From: Bacteroidales bacterium
GTDB taxonomy: Bacteria > Bacteroidota > Bacteroidia > Bacteroidales > VadinHA17
NCBI GenBank assembly: GCA_012522155.1
Contig: JAAYKX010000245.1
Span: forward strand, 1-49,586
Length of the DNA: 49,586 bases
Direction: 5' to 3'
Of the stretch, positions 9,917-20,573 are shown piece after piece. The notes under the pieces are model-generated. The model searched no databases and was not told the DNA's origin. It saw only the letters and a list, made by a program, of their open reading frames with translations. The translations under genes and the position numbers were made by a program. The first letter of the stretch is position 1. Each line of letters starts with the position of its first letter.

Positions 9917-12900
9917 TCATGCTGTTTTCAGCACATCCCATACAAATGCACGGATTCCCACTTCCTCGTTGACAGCATCAATCCTTTTTACATTCTCAAG
10001 AAGGTTATCCACCAGCTCGTCATCAACAACCGTAAGGGCACACTTGTTGATCTCCGGCCAGGTATGGGTCCCCAGACGGGGAACACCGGTATTTGTACCG
10101 CGTCCGAAAACATTTTCCCACAGTGTATAACCCTTGATGCCCATTCTTTCAAACAGAAAATCTATCTTTTCGGTATGGGCCTGGTTAAATATGATCATCA
10201 CAGCTTTCATGACTTTTGTTTTTTCTTCATTATTATCATTTCCGTTAAGGAAATCAAAATCGGAATACAGGGCTGTCCTTTTGTCCCTTTCCCCGCTCTT
10301 TGCAAATATTGCATAAACCACAGGTACAAGAACCATGGTCACCAGTGTCGAAAACAGGAGTCCGCCGATGACCGCTATACCCATAGGACTCCAGAGCTCT
10401 GATCCCGAACCGCTGCTCAGGGAAAGGGGAAGCATGCCAAGGATGGTGGTTGCTGATGTCATGATAACGGGTCTGAGACTTGATTTTCCGGATATTGCTA
10501 TTGCTTCGTACAATTCATTTCCCCTTTCTCTCATCAGGTTGATAAAATCCACAAGCACAACCGCGTTCTTGACAACAATACCTATAAGCATTACCGCACC
10601 GATGGCAGATATGACACTCAGGGTAGTGCCCGTGACAAAAAGTGCAATGGCCACACCCGAGAATGCAAACGGAATTGAGAACATGATAATAAAGGGCATT
10701 TTCAGGGATTCAAACTGCGATGCCATCACAAGGTAAACCAGGATGAGGCTCACCACAATAAGAAAACCTATATCCCTGAATGATTCTTTCTGATCTTCAA
10801 TGGCTCCCGAGAGCTGAACCATAACATCGGAAGGAACATTGATCTCAGCGATAGCACTATTTATTTCTCTCTGCAAATCGGTCAGTGATCTCTTGTAAGG
10901 GGTTAAGGAAACGGTGACTATCCTTTCCCTCCTTTTGCGTTCAATACTCGGAGGAGACCAGTATTCCTTTATTTCCGATATTTCACCAAGGCGGACAAGC
11001 TGGCCGGCAGGATTCATTATGCCTATATTTTCAATATCGGTCAGCGAGCTTCTCGACTTCTCATCAAAACGGACTATCACGTCATATTCCTCCCCAGCCT
11101 GCCTGAGGCGTGTTGCAGTCAGTCCCCCGACCCTGTTCCTTATCATCGTGGATACTGTTGCAGTATTCAGTCCGTTGGAAACCATTTTCTCCTGGTCAAG
11201 GATTATCTACAGTTCCGGCTTTGATTTGTCGCGGCTTATGGTAACATCCTTCGCCCCCTTCATTTGCTTTATCCTTTCCGCCAGCTCTTCCGCAACAATG
11301 TTTGTGGATGCAATGTTATAGCCGTAAATTTCGACATCCACCTTGTTGCCGCCAAAACTTCCCATTCCTTCCTGAAGGTTTATTGTATAATCTATTATCT
11401 CGGGGATCTTTGCAAGCTCGAGCCTGAATGCTTCAGCAATCTCGGATGCACTCCTCTGTCTTTCCTCAACCGGGACAAGCGATATGGTATAACTTATCAC
11501 ATGGGTGCCACCGCCTCCGAACAGGGATGAAAATCCTGCCTCATCATCAACCCCCGTTGAAGTTGACAGCATCCTTACCTCGGGGATCGTAGCGGCAATT
11601 ATCTCATCAATCTTATCGGTTGTTTTCAGGGTCTCGTCCACTCTTGTTCCCGTCTGAAGTTCAACTGTTACCCTCAGAGAGGACTGGTCGGCTTCGGGAA
11701 AAAATTCAGTGTCAATAAACAGGAAAAGGGACATTGCTCCCGCAAAAACAAGGAATGCAGCAATTACCACAATCCTCTTGTGATAAAGAGCCCAGCGGAG
11801 GGTCTTTTCATAAAAGCGGTCAAACCTGTCAAGTCCCTTTCTTATACTTCCGTCATAGGTATACCATGGTGCATTCTCCTTTATCGGATACCATTTGAGA
11901 AGAAGGGCACTCATTGTCGGTGTAAGGGTGATGGCAGCCGCCACCGAAGTGATGATCGTGATTGTCACGAGCATACCCAGCTGCTTGCACAGCACTCCGG
12001 TGAGTCCTGAAACAAAGGTAAGGGGAAAGAATACGGCAACAACGGTAAGGGTTGTTACAATAACTGCAAGCCATACCTCATTGGTTGCATAAATTGCAGC
12101 CTCCCTCGGCCTGCTTCCCCTTTCAACATGCCGGGTTATATTCTCCAGCACCACAATAGCATCATCTACCACCATCCCTATAGCAATGGACAGGGAGGTA
12201 AGCGAAATGATGTTTATCGATTCGCCGGTGACAAAAAGATAGATAAAGGCGACAACCAGCGATATGGGAATGGTAACTATTATTATAAGGGTTGCTCTCC
12301 ATCTTCCGAGGAAGAAAAGAACGACAAGGATCACGAAAATGGCGGCATAAAGGAGTGTCTCCGCAAGATTGTTGATAGAATCCTTGATAAATGTTGCACT
12401 GTCAAACAGTTTTTCAATCTTTACATCAGGAGGAAGGTTCAGCTTGAGACTTTCAAGGGTCTTTTCCACCTCTTTCGTGATCTTTACAGTGTTGGCCCCT
12501 GACTGTTTCTGAATGAAAAGGGTCATTCCCGGCAGACCGTTGATCCTGGTATCCATCCTCGTTTCACGTATGGTATCCCGAACAGACGCAACATCCCTCA
12601 GATACACATTGCTTCCCTCATAACTGCTCACCACTATGTTTTTGATAATGTCACTCTCCGGGAATTCGCCCTGTATCCTCAGGGGATAATCAGTCTGGCC
12701 CATTTCAATGTAACCTGCCGGCATATTAAGATTCTCCGCCCTCAGAATGTTTCCGATCTGTTCAATACTGAGGTTATATGCTTCCATCTTCCGCGGGTCA
12801 ACATCAATATAAACCTTACGTCCGGGAACACCACTCAGGTTCACAGAGCCCACTCCCTCAATCCTGTTGAGCGGGTTCACAATCTTTTCATCAAGTATCT

Positions 12901-13360
12901 TCTCAAGGCCGCGGTAACTCTCTTCCGCTGTTATGGCAAAAAAGACAATGGGCATCATACTGGAATTGAACTTCATGATCACCGGCCTTTCTGCATCGTC
13001 AGGAAGGAAATTTTCAACAAAGCTCAGATTACTTCTGATATCATTGGATGCCTCATCAAGATTGGTTCCGTATTCGAAATTCATGAATATCACCGAAAGT
13101 CCGTCACTCGAGGAGGAATATATTTCCTTCAGATTGCTGACGGAATTGAGTGCATCCTCAAGCGGCCTGGTAAGATTTGTTTCAATATCGGATGCACTGG
13201 CACCCTGATAGCTGGTTACAACTCCCACGAAAGGCAGTTCCACTTCGGGATAAAGGTCAACGGGAAGCTGTGTAAGTGAATAGAGACCTATTACGATAAG
13301 GGCGACAAACACCAGTATCGTCGTTATCGGTCTGCTTATTGATTTGCTGTATATACTCAT
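9917..13360 (-). pseudogene. RND (AcrB/HAE1-type) efflux permease, one reading frame interrupted by a single in-frame TAG (11207-11209); carries a C-terminal P-II-like extension
   Basis: Track ORFs 11207..13360 (N-terminal 717 aa, MSIYSKSISRPITTILVF...) and 9917..11185 are in the same frame. Reading through gives ...DKSKPEL*IILDQEKMVSNGLNTATV..., contiguous RND sequence. 1148 codons in total. Confidence 0.85.
9920..10210 (-). other. 97-aa small alpha/beta (P-II-like, transporter-associated) domain fused in frame to the RND C-terminus
   Basis: MKAVMIIFNQAHTEKIDFLFERMGIKGYTLWENVFGRG...GIRAFVWDVLKTA follows TM12 after an acidic/Asn-rich linker with no intervening stop. It resembles the roughly 100-aa proteins usually encoded as separate genes downstream of Bacteroidota RND pumps. 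That comparison is from memory and needs an HMM check. Confidence 0.5.
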
Positions 13361-13371
13361 GTTAAATATTT

Positions 13372-14445
13372 TTATGGGATAGCCTGTCCTGCATGGTTCA
13401 CAATCTCGATCCTGTCATTATTCATCAGCTTTGACTGGCCGTCAGTTACCAGGTGATCCCCTTCCCTGAGATTATCCGAAATAATCTCAAGCTGGTCGTC
13501 AAACCTTCTTCCCGGCACTACCTCAAGCCGTCTTGCAATGCCATCCTTCTCAATGAAAACATAGCGTATGTTGGTTCCCTCCTGCAACAATACGGAAGCT
13601 GCCGGAACAACAAAAGTCTCTACTTCACCCATATCCATCGACACTCTCACAAACATACCGGGCTTGAGCATGTCAGCCCTGTTGGGAAGTTCTATTTCGG
13701 CAATGAATGACCTTGTCACGGGATTGACAGTGGGTGCCTTTCTGAAAACCCTTCCGCTGAATTCCTCCCCGGGATAGACATCGGCAGCGACAAAGGCTTT
13801 CATCCCCCTGACAATAAGAGGATAATACTGTTCTGAAACCGACACATTCACCTTCAGTGGGTTGACCTGCATTATGGTCACAATAGCCGATCTTCCCGAC
13901 TGTGTGGTCGGAGTGCCTGAATACATCTCCCCGTTCTCAAAATATTTTCCCGTTATCACACCCGTAAAGGGAGCCCTCAGCAGGGTGTTCTCCTCCATGA
14001 AATCAACATTTGTCTTAAGCACATCATATTGAGTCTTCATCTGATCATACTGCTGCTGAGTGACACTGCCGGTACGAAGAAGTGTATCTAATCTTGACAG
14101 GTCCTTCTGAAGACTGCTGAGCTGGACCCTCTGCTGGTACAGCTGTGTGCGGTCCATAAGAAAAAGTTCCTGGCCCTTTGTCACCCTGTCTCCTGTTTCC
14201 ACATATATCCTGTCAATCCTGCCGGGTGTTGAAGGAGCCATGTTGACTTCCTCATAGGGCAGTATGGTGGCCGTATAATCAATAGTTCTTGCTATTTTAG
14301 TTTTTTCGAGAGTCAGCACCCTTACCGGAAGGACTGCCCTTTCGCCGGACAAATCACCTGCAGTTTTGTCTGACTTTCCTGATGAACAGCCTGAGAGGAT
14401 CAGAACTGTTGTCACTATAACCGAAATTGTGTTTACGAGTTTCAT
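13372..14445 (-). CDS. RND efflux periplasmic adaptor (membrane fusion protein, HlyD family), lipoprotein
   Basis: The signal/lipobox is ...VLILSGCSS. The length and coiled-coil/barrel-sandwich pattern fit an adaptor, and it lies immediately upstream of the RND pump. Confidence 0.9.
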   Translation of the reverse strand: MKLVNTISVIVTTVLILSGCSSGKSDKTAGDLSGERAVLPVRVLTLEKTKIARTIDYTATILPYEEVNMAPSTPGRIDRIYVETGDRVTKGQELFLMDRTQLYQQRVQLSSLQKDLSRLDTLLRTGSVTQQQYDQMKTQYDVLKTNVDFMEENTLLRAPFTGVITGKYFENGEMYSGTPTTQSGRSAIVTIMQVNPLKVNVSVSEQYYPLIVRGMKAFVAADVYPGEEFSGRVFRKAPTVNPVTRSFIAEIELPNRADMLKPGMFVRVSMDMGEVETFVVPAASVLLQEGTNIRYVFIEKDGIARRLEVVPGRRFDDQLEIISDNLREGDHLVTDGQSKLMNNDRIEIVNHAGQAIP

Positions 14446-14471
14446 TATTTCTATTTTTGTATTCCTGGTAA

Positions 14472-15806
14472 TTACAGATTGTTAAGCAGTTTGTCGAGGG
14501 CAACCTTGGTCTGAAGAAGATTCATAAGGGCTGTCACATAATTATTTTCAGCCTGAATATATTGGCTGTTGGCCTGTGTAAGCTCCAGGCTGGAAGCCAT
14601 TCCCTGCTTGTATTTATTTTCCACGCTTGCATAAATCCTTTTTGACACTTCAATATTGTCGAGCTGACTTTTGTATTGAAGATTGGCATTGACAAGATTG
14701 TATCTCAGTTGTTTTTCCTGTATCAGAAGCTGTTCGGCCACCATCTCCTTTGTGGTTTTTGCCTTTTCAAGGTTCAGCCTGGCCCTGATGATGCTGGCAT
14801 ATCTCTGGCCGCTCGCAAAAATCGGAACTGATACCTGCAATCCTACCATCGAATTCGGAAACCATGTCAGCTCCGACAGTTTATCACCCATACCATTTGT
14901 ACCGTAATTGTAAAATCCTGCCAGTGTAGGCAGTACCGAAGCTTTCTGCGATTTAAGAGCAAGCGATGAAATCATTTCCTGACCTTCAACAAGTCTGAAG
15001 TCCACATTACGGGTGTGATCAAATTCCTGGGACAGCAGGGCATCAACGTCAATCCTTTCCGTGAGACTTTCCAGTGTTTCTGTAAGAACTATCACTGTTT
15101 CCGGAGAGATCCCCAGCTGAAACCTGAGCAGGTTATAATTCAGTTCTATGGTCCGTTCCAGCGAACTTCTGCTGTTTTCAATCATTGTGACATTCGAAAT
15201 CATCTGATCCACATCTGTTGCTTCCGCCATGCCAACCTCATACATTGCCCTGGTCGACCTGAGGGTTTCTCTCAGATCATCTATGTTTTCATTAAGCAGC
15301 TTAAGGGATTTCTCCGAGATAAGAATCAGATAATATGCAGAACTCACCGACTCTTTGGTATCCAGTTCCGATTTCAGAAGATTCTCCCTGCTCAGTCTGC
15401 TGGCAAGCCTGCTGGTCTCTATACCTATGTATAACGGTGCATTGAAAAGAAGCATACTGGCTTCCACCGATCCGCTGGAATTGAACTGCGTCCCGAATGT
15501 AACGGGTATCTTTTCACCGGGTTGTCCGAAAAAATCACCGGGAAGAAGAGTTGTCATCAGTTTCAGATTGTCCATAAATGATCCGCTTGCACTGACCTGG
15601 GGAAGTGCTGCCGATATTGTTTCCCATACGGCAGCCCTTGAAGCCTGAACATCCGATTTTGCTGCAAGCACCATCCTGTTGTTCATCAAAGCATAATCCT
15701 GTGCCTCTCTGACCGACAGCTTCAGTTCGCCTGAATTTCCCGGGGTACTGAACAGTATTCCCCCGGCTGCCAGAAATGCCGTAAGCGTGTATAAAATCCT
15801 TTTCAT
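14472..15806 (-). CDS. TolC-like outer-membrane efflux protein
   Basis: 444 aa with a signal peptide and two repeated OEP-type halves. It is the first structural gene of the efflux operon. Confidence 0.88.
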   Translation of the reverse strand: MKRILYTLTAFLAAGGILFSTPGNSGELKLSVREAQDYALMNNRMVLAAKSDVQASRAAVWETISAALPQVSASGSFMDNLKLMTTLLPGDFFGQPGEKIPVTFGTQFNSSGSVEASMLLFNAPLYIGIETSRLASRLSRENLLKSELDTKESVSSAYYLILISEKSLKLLNENIDDLRETLRSTRAMYEVGMAEATDVDQMISNVTMIENSRSSLERTIELNYNLLRFQLGISPETVIVLTETLESLTERIDVDALLSQEFDHTRNVDFRLVEGQEMISSLALKSQKASVLPTLAGFYNYGTNGMGDKLSELTWFPNSMVGLQVSVPIFASGQRYASIIRARLNLEKAKTTKEMVAEQLLIQEKQLRYNLVNANLQYKSQLDNIEVSKRIYASVENKYKQGMASSLELTQANSQYIQAENNYVTALMNLLQTKVALDKLLNNL

Positions 15807-15822
15807 CTCAAATAACTTTTTT

Positions 15823-16455
15823 CTATATGCTGTTGTTATGATTTGTTAATCCCTGCTTCCTGGTGTAATAATCAATAAGACCAAGACCTTCAGGTGTGGA
15901 AATTCCTCTCAGGTAATTAATATAGAAATCCCTGAAAATATATTTTTTGTCTGTTTCGTCACCGTCGCTGCTGTCCTTTTCGTACAGCATCCGCATCATC
16001 TCGAAAAGGCATTTGTTGGTGATTGAAACGTCAATATCTTTCCGGAAAACACCTTCCTCAATACCCCTCTCTATCATGGCGGCATTATCACTGAAAAAGG
16101 GCAGTTCATCCGTCTCCCTGAGCCTGCGTATAATGTCATGGTGATAATTCTCCATGTCGAGCCTGAAAGCAGGACTCATACGGCTGTAATGATCATCCAT
16201 CAGTCCGAAAAGCCTGAATATGGCTTCAATGACATTCTCCGAACCGGAAAATATCTTTAAAACAAGTTCCTTCTGCTTCTCTCCCATCCAGCGGAGAACG
16301 CCTGTCAGAAGCTCATCCTTGTCTTTAAAAATCTCGTAAATGGTTCTTTTTGAAATTCTCAGACGGCCTGCAAGCATATCCATAGTAACAGCCCTTATGC
16401 CATATCTGCGAAACATCATGGCTGCCTCCTCCGTTATTCTTTGCCTGTTATCCAT
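15823..16455 (-). CDS. TetR/AcrR family transcriptional regulator
   Basis: From ATG 16455 it reads MDNRQRITEEAAMMFRRYGIRAVTMDMLAGRLRISKRTIYEIFKDKDELL, an N-terminal TetR HTH. The track start at 16479 is a TTG. Confidence 0.9.
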   Translation of the reverse strand: MDNRQRITEEAAMMFRRYGIRAVTMDMLAGRLRISKRTIYEIFKDKDELLTGVLRWMGEKQKELVLKIFSGSENVIEAIFRLFGLMDDHYSRMSPAFRLDMENYHHDIIRRLRETDELPFFSDNAAMIERGIEEGVFRKDIDVSITNKCLFEMMRMLYEKDSSDGDETDKKYIFRDFYINYLRGISTPEGLGLIDYYTRKQGLTNHNNSI

Positions 16456-16575
16456 TACCTTTCCGAAAAAACAGGCCAAAAATGAAAAAACTTTTTTAGT
16501 TTACAAAGTTTTCATCAGTAAATATTACTAAAAAATCTGCGAGTTGAGGAATTCTGCCGGTGAACGGCGGGTTGC

Positions 16576-17805
16576 CTACCTGTACAGATATACAAATCCC
16601 CGGTATTCCTTGCTGTCATACCTTATATCATCCCATCCGTATGCTCTTATTATATAGAAATACAGACCCGGGGTTGCCCTGATCGAGGAATTATTGATAT
16701 TACCGTCCCAGCCGGTCCACTCCTTCAGCCTGTCACCCTCTCCGGAAAAGCTGTACACCTTCCGTCCGGAGCGGCTGAAAATATCCATGGTCAGGTATCT
16801 CAGCGACCTGGAATCAACCATAAACCTGTCATTGTAACCATCCCCGTCGGGACTGAAAACATTGGGAATGGCAAGGGCTGACGGTTCTACAATAATTTTT
16901 GCAGAACGTACTGAATCAATGCAGTGGCGGTCGCTTTCCACCCTGAGGAGGATGGTATATTCCCCCGGCTTATAATATATATGCGTCAGCGGATCATCAA
17001 GGACTGAAATGGTATCATCACCAAAATCCCATTCATAAACACTGGCCCTGACAGACTTGTCTCCTATTGCCACTTCAAGGGGTGCTTCTCCCTTCACCGG
17101 ATCCACCGTGAAATCCGCCTTTACATGAATCGATTTATAGTCGACCGTATCGGAACTGCTGCATCCGAGAGTATTCACCCTCAGGGTATAAACAACATCT
17201 GTCAGCGGCGGGGTAAATATTTTCGGATCAAGTTCAAGGGAAGGATATGGGATTGATGATTCCGGTACTGACGACCAGAGAAAGTCAAGTTCATTTTTCA
17301 GACCCAGGGCACTGCCGTCATAGGGATCAAAATAGCTGAAGGAGTTTACAGTGGCACCGGCAGTTCCGTCAAGAGCAACATAGTTACAATGTTTCATAGG
17401 GTTCATGAGTTTTGCCGAAACAAAGGGAGCTTCGTCAAATACTATCCATGCAGTCATCATAGTGTCATAATCACCGGTGATGACCACCCTGTAGCCCCCG
17501 GGATCAAGATTGTCGAGGGATGAGCTGCGGACAGCCGTTTCTGTCTTTGCCGCTATACTGAAACTGCTGGTTGCAGTGTTCCAGCGGTACCATGCAAAAT
17601 CGGAAGGAGCCTTGTTTCCGGGAATAATGGCATTGAGGCTCCCCTTCTGCGCAGCTGAGGAACTGCAGTAAACAAAGATCTGATCCCTTGTTCCGGGTGC
17701 GGAAGGATAGGAGGTGTAACGTATGGAAACCGCATCCGGCGAAACCAGCTGGGCCAACAGACAATAATGAATTAAGAACAGGGATATTGAAATACAGAAA
17801 CGCAC
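16576..17805 (-). CDS. Secreted PKD-domain protein with T9SS type-B (gliding-motility-associated) C-terminal sorting domain
   Basis: The C-terminus reads IPNVFSPDGDGYNDRFMV...GLYFYIIRA...RGFVYLYR. The preceding PKD-like segment reads FTVDPVKGEAPLEV...WDFGDD...YYKPGEYTI. The start codon is GTG and there is a hydrophobic leader. Confidence 0.85.
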   Translation of the reverse strand: MRFCISISLFLIHYCLLAQLVSPDAVSIRYTSYPSAPGTRDQIFVYCSSSAAQKGSLNAIIPGNKAPSDFAWYRWNTATSSFSIAAKTETAVRSSSLDNLDPGGYRVVITGDYDTMMTAWIVFDEAPFVSAKLMNPMKHCNYVALDGTAGATVNSFSYFDPYDGSALGLKNELDFLWSSVPESSIPYPSLELDPKIFTPPLTDVVYTLRVNTLGCSSSDTVDYKSIHVKADFTVDPVKGEAPLEVAIGDKSVRASVYEWDFGDDTISVLDDPLTHIYYKPGEYTILLRVESDRHCIDSVRSAKIIVEPSALAIPNVFSPDGDGYNDRFMVDSRSLRYLTMDIFSRSGRKVYSFSGEGDRLKEWTGWDGNINNSSIRATPGLYFYIIRAYGWDDIRYDSKEYRGFVYLYR

Positions 17806-18069
17806 AGGCAGTATTGGATTTTTCTAATAAACGGTTACACTGAGCTTAATTGTATAACACTCTGCAATAATAATAAAAATAAGTTTCAAATCAGCTGTCC
17901 CACGACCTGCTGCCTGACATCCGCTTTCCTGAACAGCCGGCTCCGGACATTCATTATCGTTGTGGAATTTTGTATCTTTGCGGCTGTTCCGGATTTCTGC
18001 CTGCATTACCGTGTTGATAAAAATAAATCAGAAACAGACAATTTTCCCTTCCCCTGAAATTGATTTCAT

Positions 18070-18077
18070 TAAATTTG
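18070..18077 (+). promoter_or_regulatory. Candidate -7 promoter box (TAAATTTG) for the helicase gene
   Basis: It matches TAnnTTTG 33 nt upstream of ATG 18110. This is a motif match only. Confidence 0.3.
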
Positions 18078-18109
18078 CCATCCCGGTAATCTGTAATACC
18101 AAATAACTC

Positions 18110-20422
18110 ATGACCCGTGATTATCTTGACGAACTGAATGAATCCCAGCGGGAAGCGGTTATCAATACCGAAGGTCCGGCCCTGGTCATTGCCGGAGCGG
18201 GTTCCGGAAAAACGCGTGTCCTGACTTACAGGATAGCACATCTTCTGCACAACGGCGTACACGCAAGCCAGATACTGGCCCTTACCTTTACCAATAAGGC
18301 AGCCGGCGGAATGAAGGACAGGATAACCGCAATAGCAGGTTCCGAAACAGCGAGATACCTGTGGATGGGAACCTTTCATTCAATCTTTGCAAGGATACTC
18401 AGGACGGAAGGCGACAGGCTGGGATACCAGCCCAACTACACCATCTATGATACATCTGACTCAAAAAGCCTTATCCGGACAATCATAAAAGAGCTCAGTC
18501 TTAATGACAACATTTACAAGGCCGGGATGATTGCAGCCCGGATCTCAGCTGCAAAAAACAATCTCATCACCTCCGGAATGTATGCCGCTGACACTTCCCT
18601 GCAGGAATATGACAAGTCATGCAAAATACCGCTTATGTCCGATATTTACAGGATATATTCCACAAGATGCTTCAGGGCAAATGCAATGGATTTTGATGAT
18701 CTTCTCCTTAATACAAATATACTGCTCAGGGACTTTCCGGATGTACTTGCATCATACCAGCAGAAATTCAGATACATACTTGTGGATGAATACCAGGATA
18801 CCAACTTTGCCCAGTACCTGATAATAAAAAAACTTGCTGCACAGCACGAAAATATTTGTGTAGTCGGGGATGATGCCCAAAGCATATATTCCTTCAGGGG
18901 AGCAAGGATTGAAAACATACTGAAATTCAGGGATGATTATCCCTCTTCCCGCCTTTTCAAGCTGGAGCAGAATTACAGGTCCACCCGGACCATCGTGAAT
19001 GCTGCAAACGAAATAATAGCAAACAATGAGGGACAGATCCATAAAACCGTCTTTTCAAAGAATGAGGAAGGCGACAAAATAATGGTCATGCAGGCAATGA
19101 CCGATATGGAGGAAGGATTCAACATAGCATCGGATATTTTTGATAAAAGGCTCACCTACCAGCTTAAATGGGAGGAGTTTGCTATTCTTTACAGGACAAA
19201 TGCCCAGAGCCGTATCTTTGAAGAGACACTCAGGCGAAAAAACATACCGTACAAAATATATGGCGGTGTTTCATTCTATGAACGCAGGGAGATAAAAGAC
19301 ATCCTTGCCTATTTCAGGATGGTAATCAATCCCGGTGATGAGGAGGCCTTCAAAAGATCGGTTAATTACCCCAAAAGAGGCATTGGCAGCGTTACAGTAC
19401 AGAAAGTGCTGAACCTTTCTGCAAACCTGAATGTTACGGCATGGGACATCATCAGTGATACCGGCACACTGCAGGAACACTTCAATGCAGGAACAGTCAG
19501 GAAACTTTCAGGATACAGCACTTTAATCAGTTCATTTTTTCCTGACAGCGAAAAAAAGGAGGCCTACACCCTGGCCAGGGAAATTGCATATGGCTCGGGA
19601 ATAATGAAAGAGCTGAGAGACGGGAAAATGCCGGAAGAGATCAGCCGCTATGAAAACATGGAGGAGCTCCTTAATGGTATCAAGGCTTTTACCGAAGCTG
19701 CAAAAACAAATGGTGAACCTTCGGCACTTGCTGCATACCTTGCAAACGTCGCCCTGCTTACCGATCAGGATAATGAAAAGGAAGAGGACAGGGAAAAGCT
19801 TACCCTGATGACGATGCATTCTGCCAAAGGACTGGAATTCAACTATGTGTACATAGTCGGAATGGAAGATACCCTTTTCCCCTCCCCAATGTCTTCAGGC
19901 AGCAAAAAGGAACTGGAGGAAGAAAGACGGCTTTTCTATGTGGCTGTCACCAGGGCAAAAAAGCAGGTCGTGCTGAGCTATGCCCTCAACAGGTACAAGT
20001 GGGGAAATCTTGAAAGAAGCAATCCCAGCAGGTTTCTGCAGGAAATTGACAAAAAATATATTCATTATCCCCAGACCGGCGGAAAGCCCTTCCGTTCCGC
20101 AAGGGCAGCATCAGACAAATCATCTCTTTACAGTGACAGACCGGGGGGCTACAGTGACAGACCGGGAGGCTATAGCCCTCCTCCTGCCCGCCTGAAAAAA
20201 TTCCGCAGCACGGGCAGAGCAATATCACAGTCCTCACCAGCATCAGGTCCTGCCGGTGTACAGGAATTCAACGAGGGAGACACGGTTATACATGAGAGAT
20301 TCGGACGGGGGATCATTGTTTCCCTTGAAGGTGAAGCCCCTGACAATACGGCATCGGTAGATTTTGAGAAAAACGGCAGAAAAAAGCTGCTGCTGAGATT
20401 TGCCAAACTGAGAAAGATATAA
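18110..20422 (+). CDS. uvrD: ATP-dependent DNA helicase, UvrD/PcrA/Rep family
   Basis: Has AGAGSGKTRVLTYRIAHLL (motif I), VDEYQDTN (motif II), the later helicase motifs and a C-terminal Tudor-like tail. 770 aa. Confidence 0.95.
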   Translation: MTRDYLDELNESQREAVINTEGPALVIAGAGSGKTRVLTYRIAHLLHNGVHASQILALTFTNKAAGGMKDRITAIAGSETARYLWMGTFHSIFARILRTEGDRLGYQPNYTIYDTSDSKSLIRTIIKELSLNDNIYKAGMIAARISAAKNNLITSGMYAADTSLQEYDKSCKIPLMSDIYRIYSTRCFRANAMDFDDLLLNTNILLRDFPDVLASYQQKFRYILVDEYQDTNFAQYLIIKKLAAQHENICVVGDDAQSIYSFRGARIENILKFRDDYPSSRLFKLEQNYRSTRTIVNAANEIIANNEGQIHKTVFSKNEEGDKIMVMQAMTDMEEGFNIASDIFDKRLTYQLKWEEFAILYRTNAQSRIFEETLRRKNIPYKIYGGVSFYERREIKDILAYFRMVINPGDEEAFKRSVNYPKRGIGSVTVQKVLNLSANLNVTAWDIISDTGTLQEHFNAGTVRKLSGYSTLISSFFPDSEKKEAYTLAREIAYGSGIMKELRDGKMPEEISRYENMEELLNGIKAFTEAAKTNGEPSALAAYLANVALLTDQDNEKEEDREKLTLMTMHSAKGLEFNYVYIVGMEDTLFPSPMSSGSKKELEEERRLFYVAVTRAKKQVVLSYALNRYKWGNLERSNPSRFLQEIDKKYIHYPQTGGKPFRSARAASDKSSLYSDRPGGYSDRPGGYSPPPARLKKFRSTGRAISQSSPASGPAGVQEFNEGDTVIHERFGRGIIVSLEGEAPDNTASVDFEKNGRKKLLLRFAKLRKI
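20129..20170. repeat. In-CDS tandem duplication, 21 bp x 2 (YSDRPGG YSDRPGG) in the helicase C-terminal linker
   Basis: tacagtgacagaccggggggc / tacagtgacagaccgggaggc, with 1 mismatch. Confidence 0.9.
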
Positions 20423-20449
20423 ATAAGACTTACGGATAATCTGATGACA

Positions 20450-20573
20450 GACCGCTATCCGCTTTTTCATGAACCGTAACCACCCTCTGGCAATTCTGAT
20501 TTGCAGGAAAACTGATTGCCGCTATTTCAAAATCTATTTCACTGCGGACCGCTATCCGCTTTTTCATGAACCG
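20450..20573. repeat. 27-bp perfect direct repeat (20450-20476 and 20547-20573); the second copy is the 3' end of CDS 20539..21300
   Basis: gaccgctatccgctttttcatgaaccg occurs twice, 97 bp apart. Copy 2 encodes ...VHEKADSG(PQ*), and copy 1 lies in the intergenic DNA. Confidence 0.9.
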
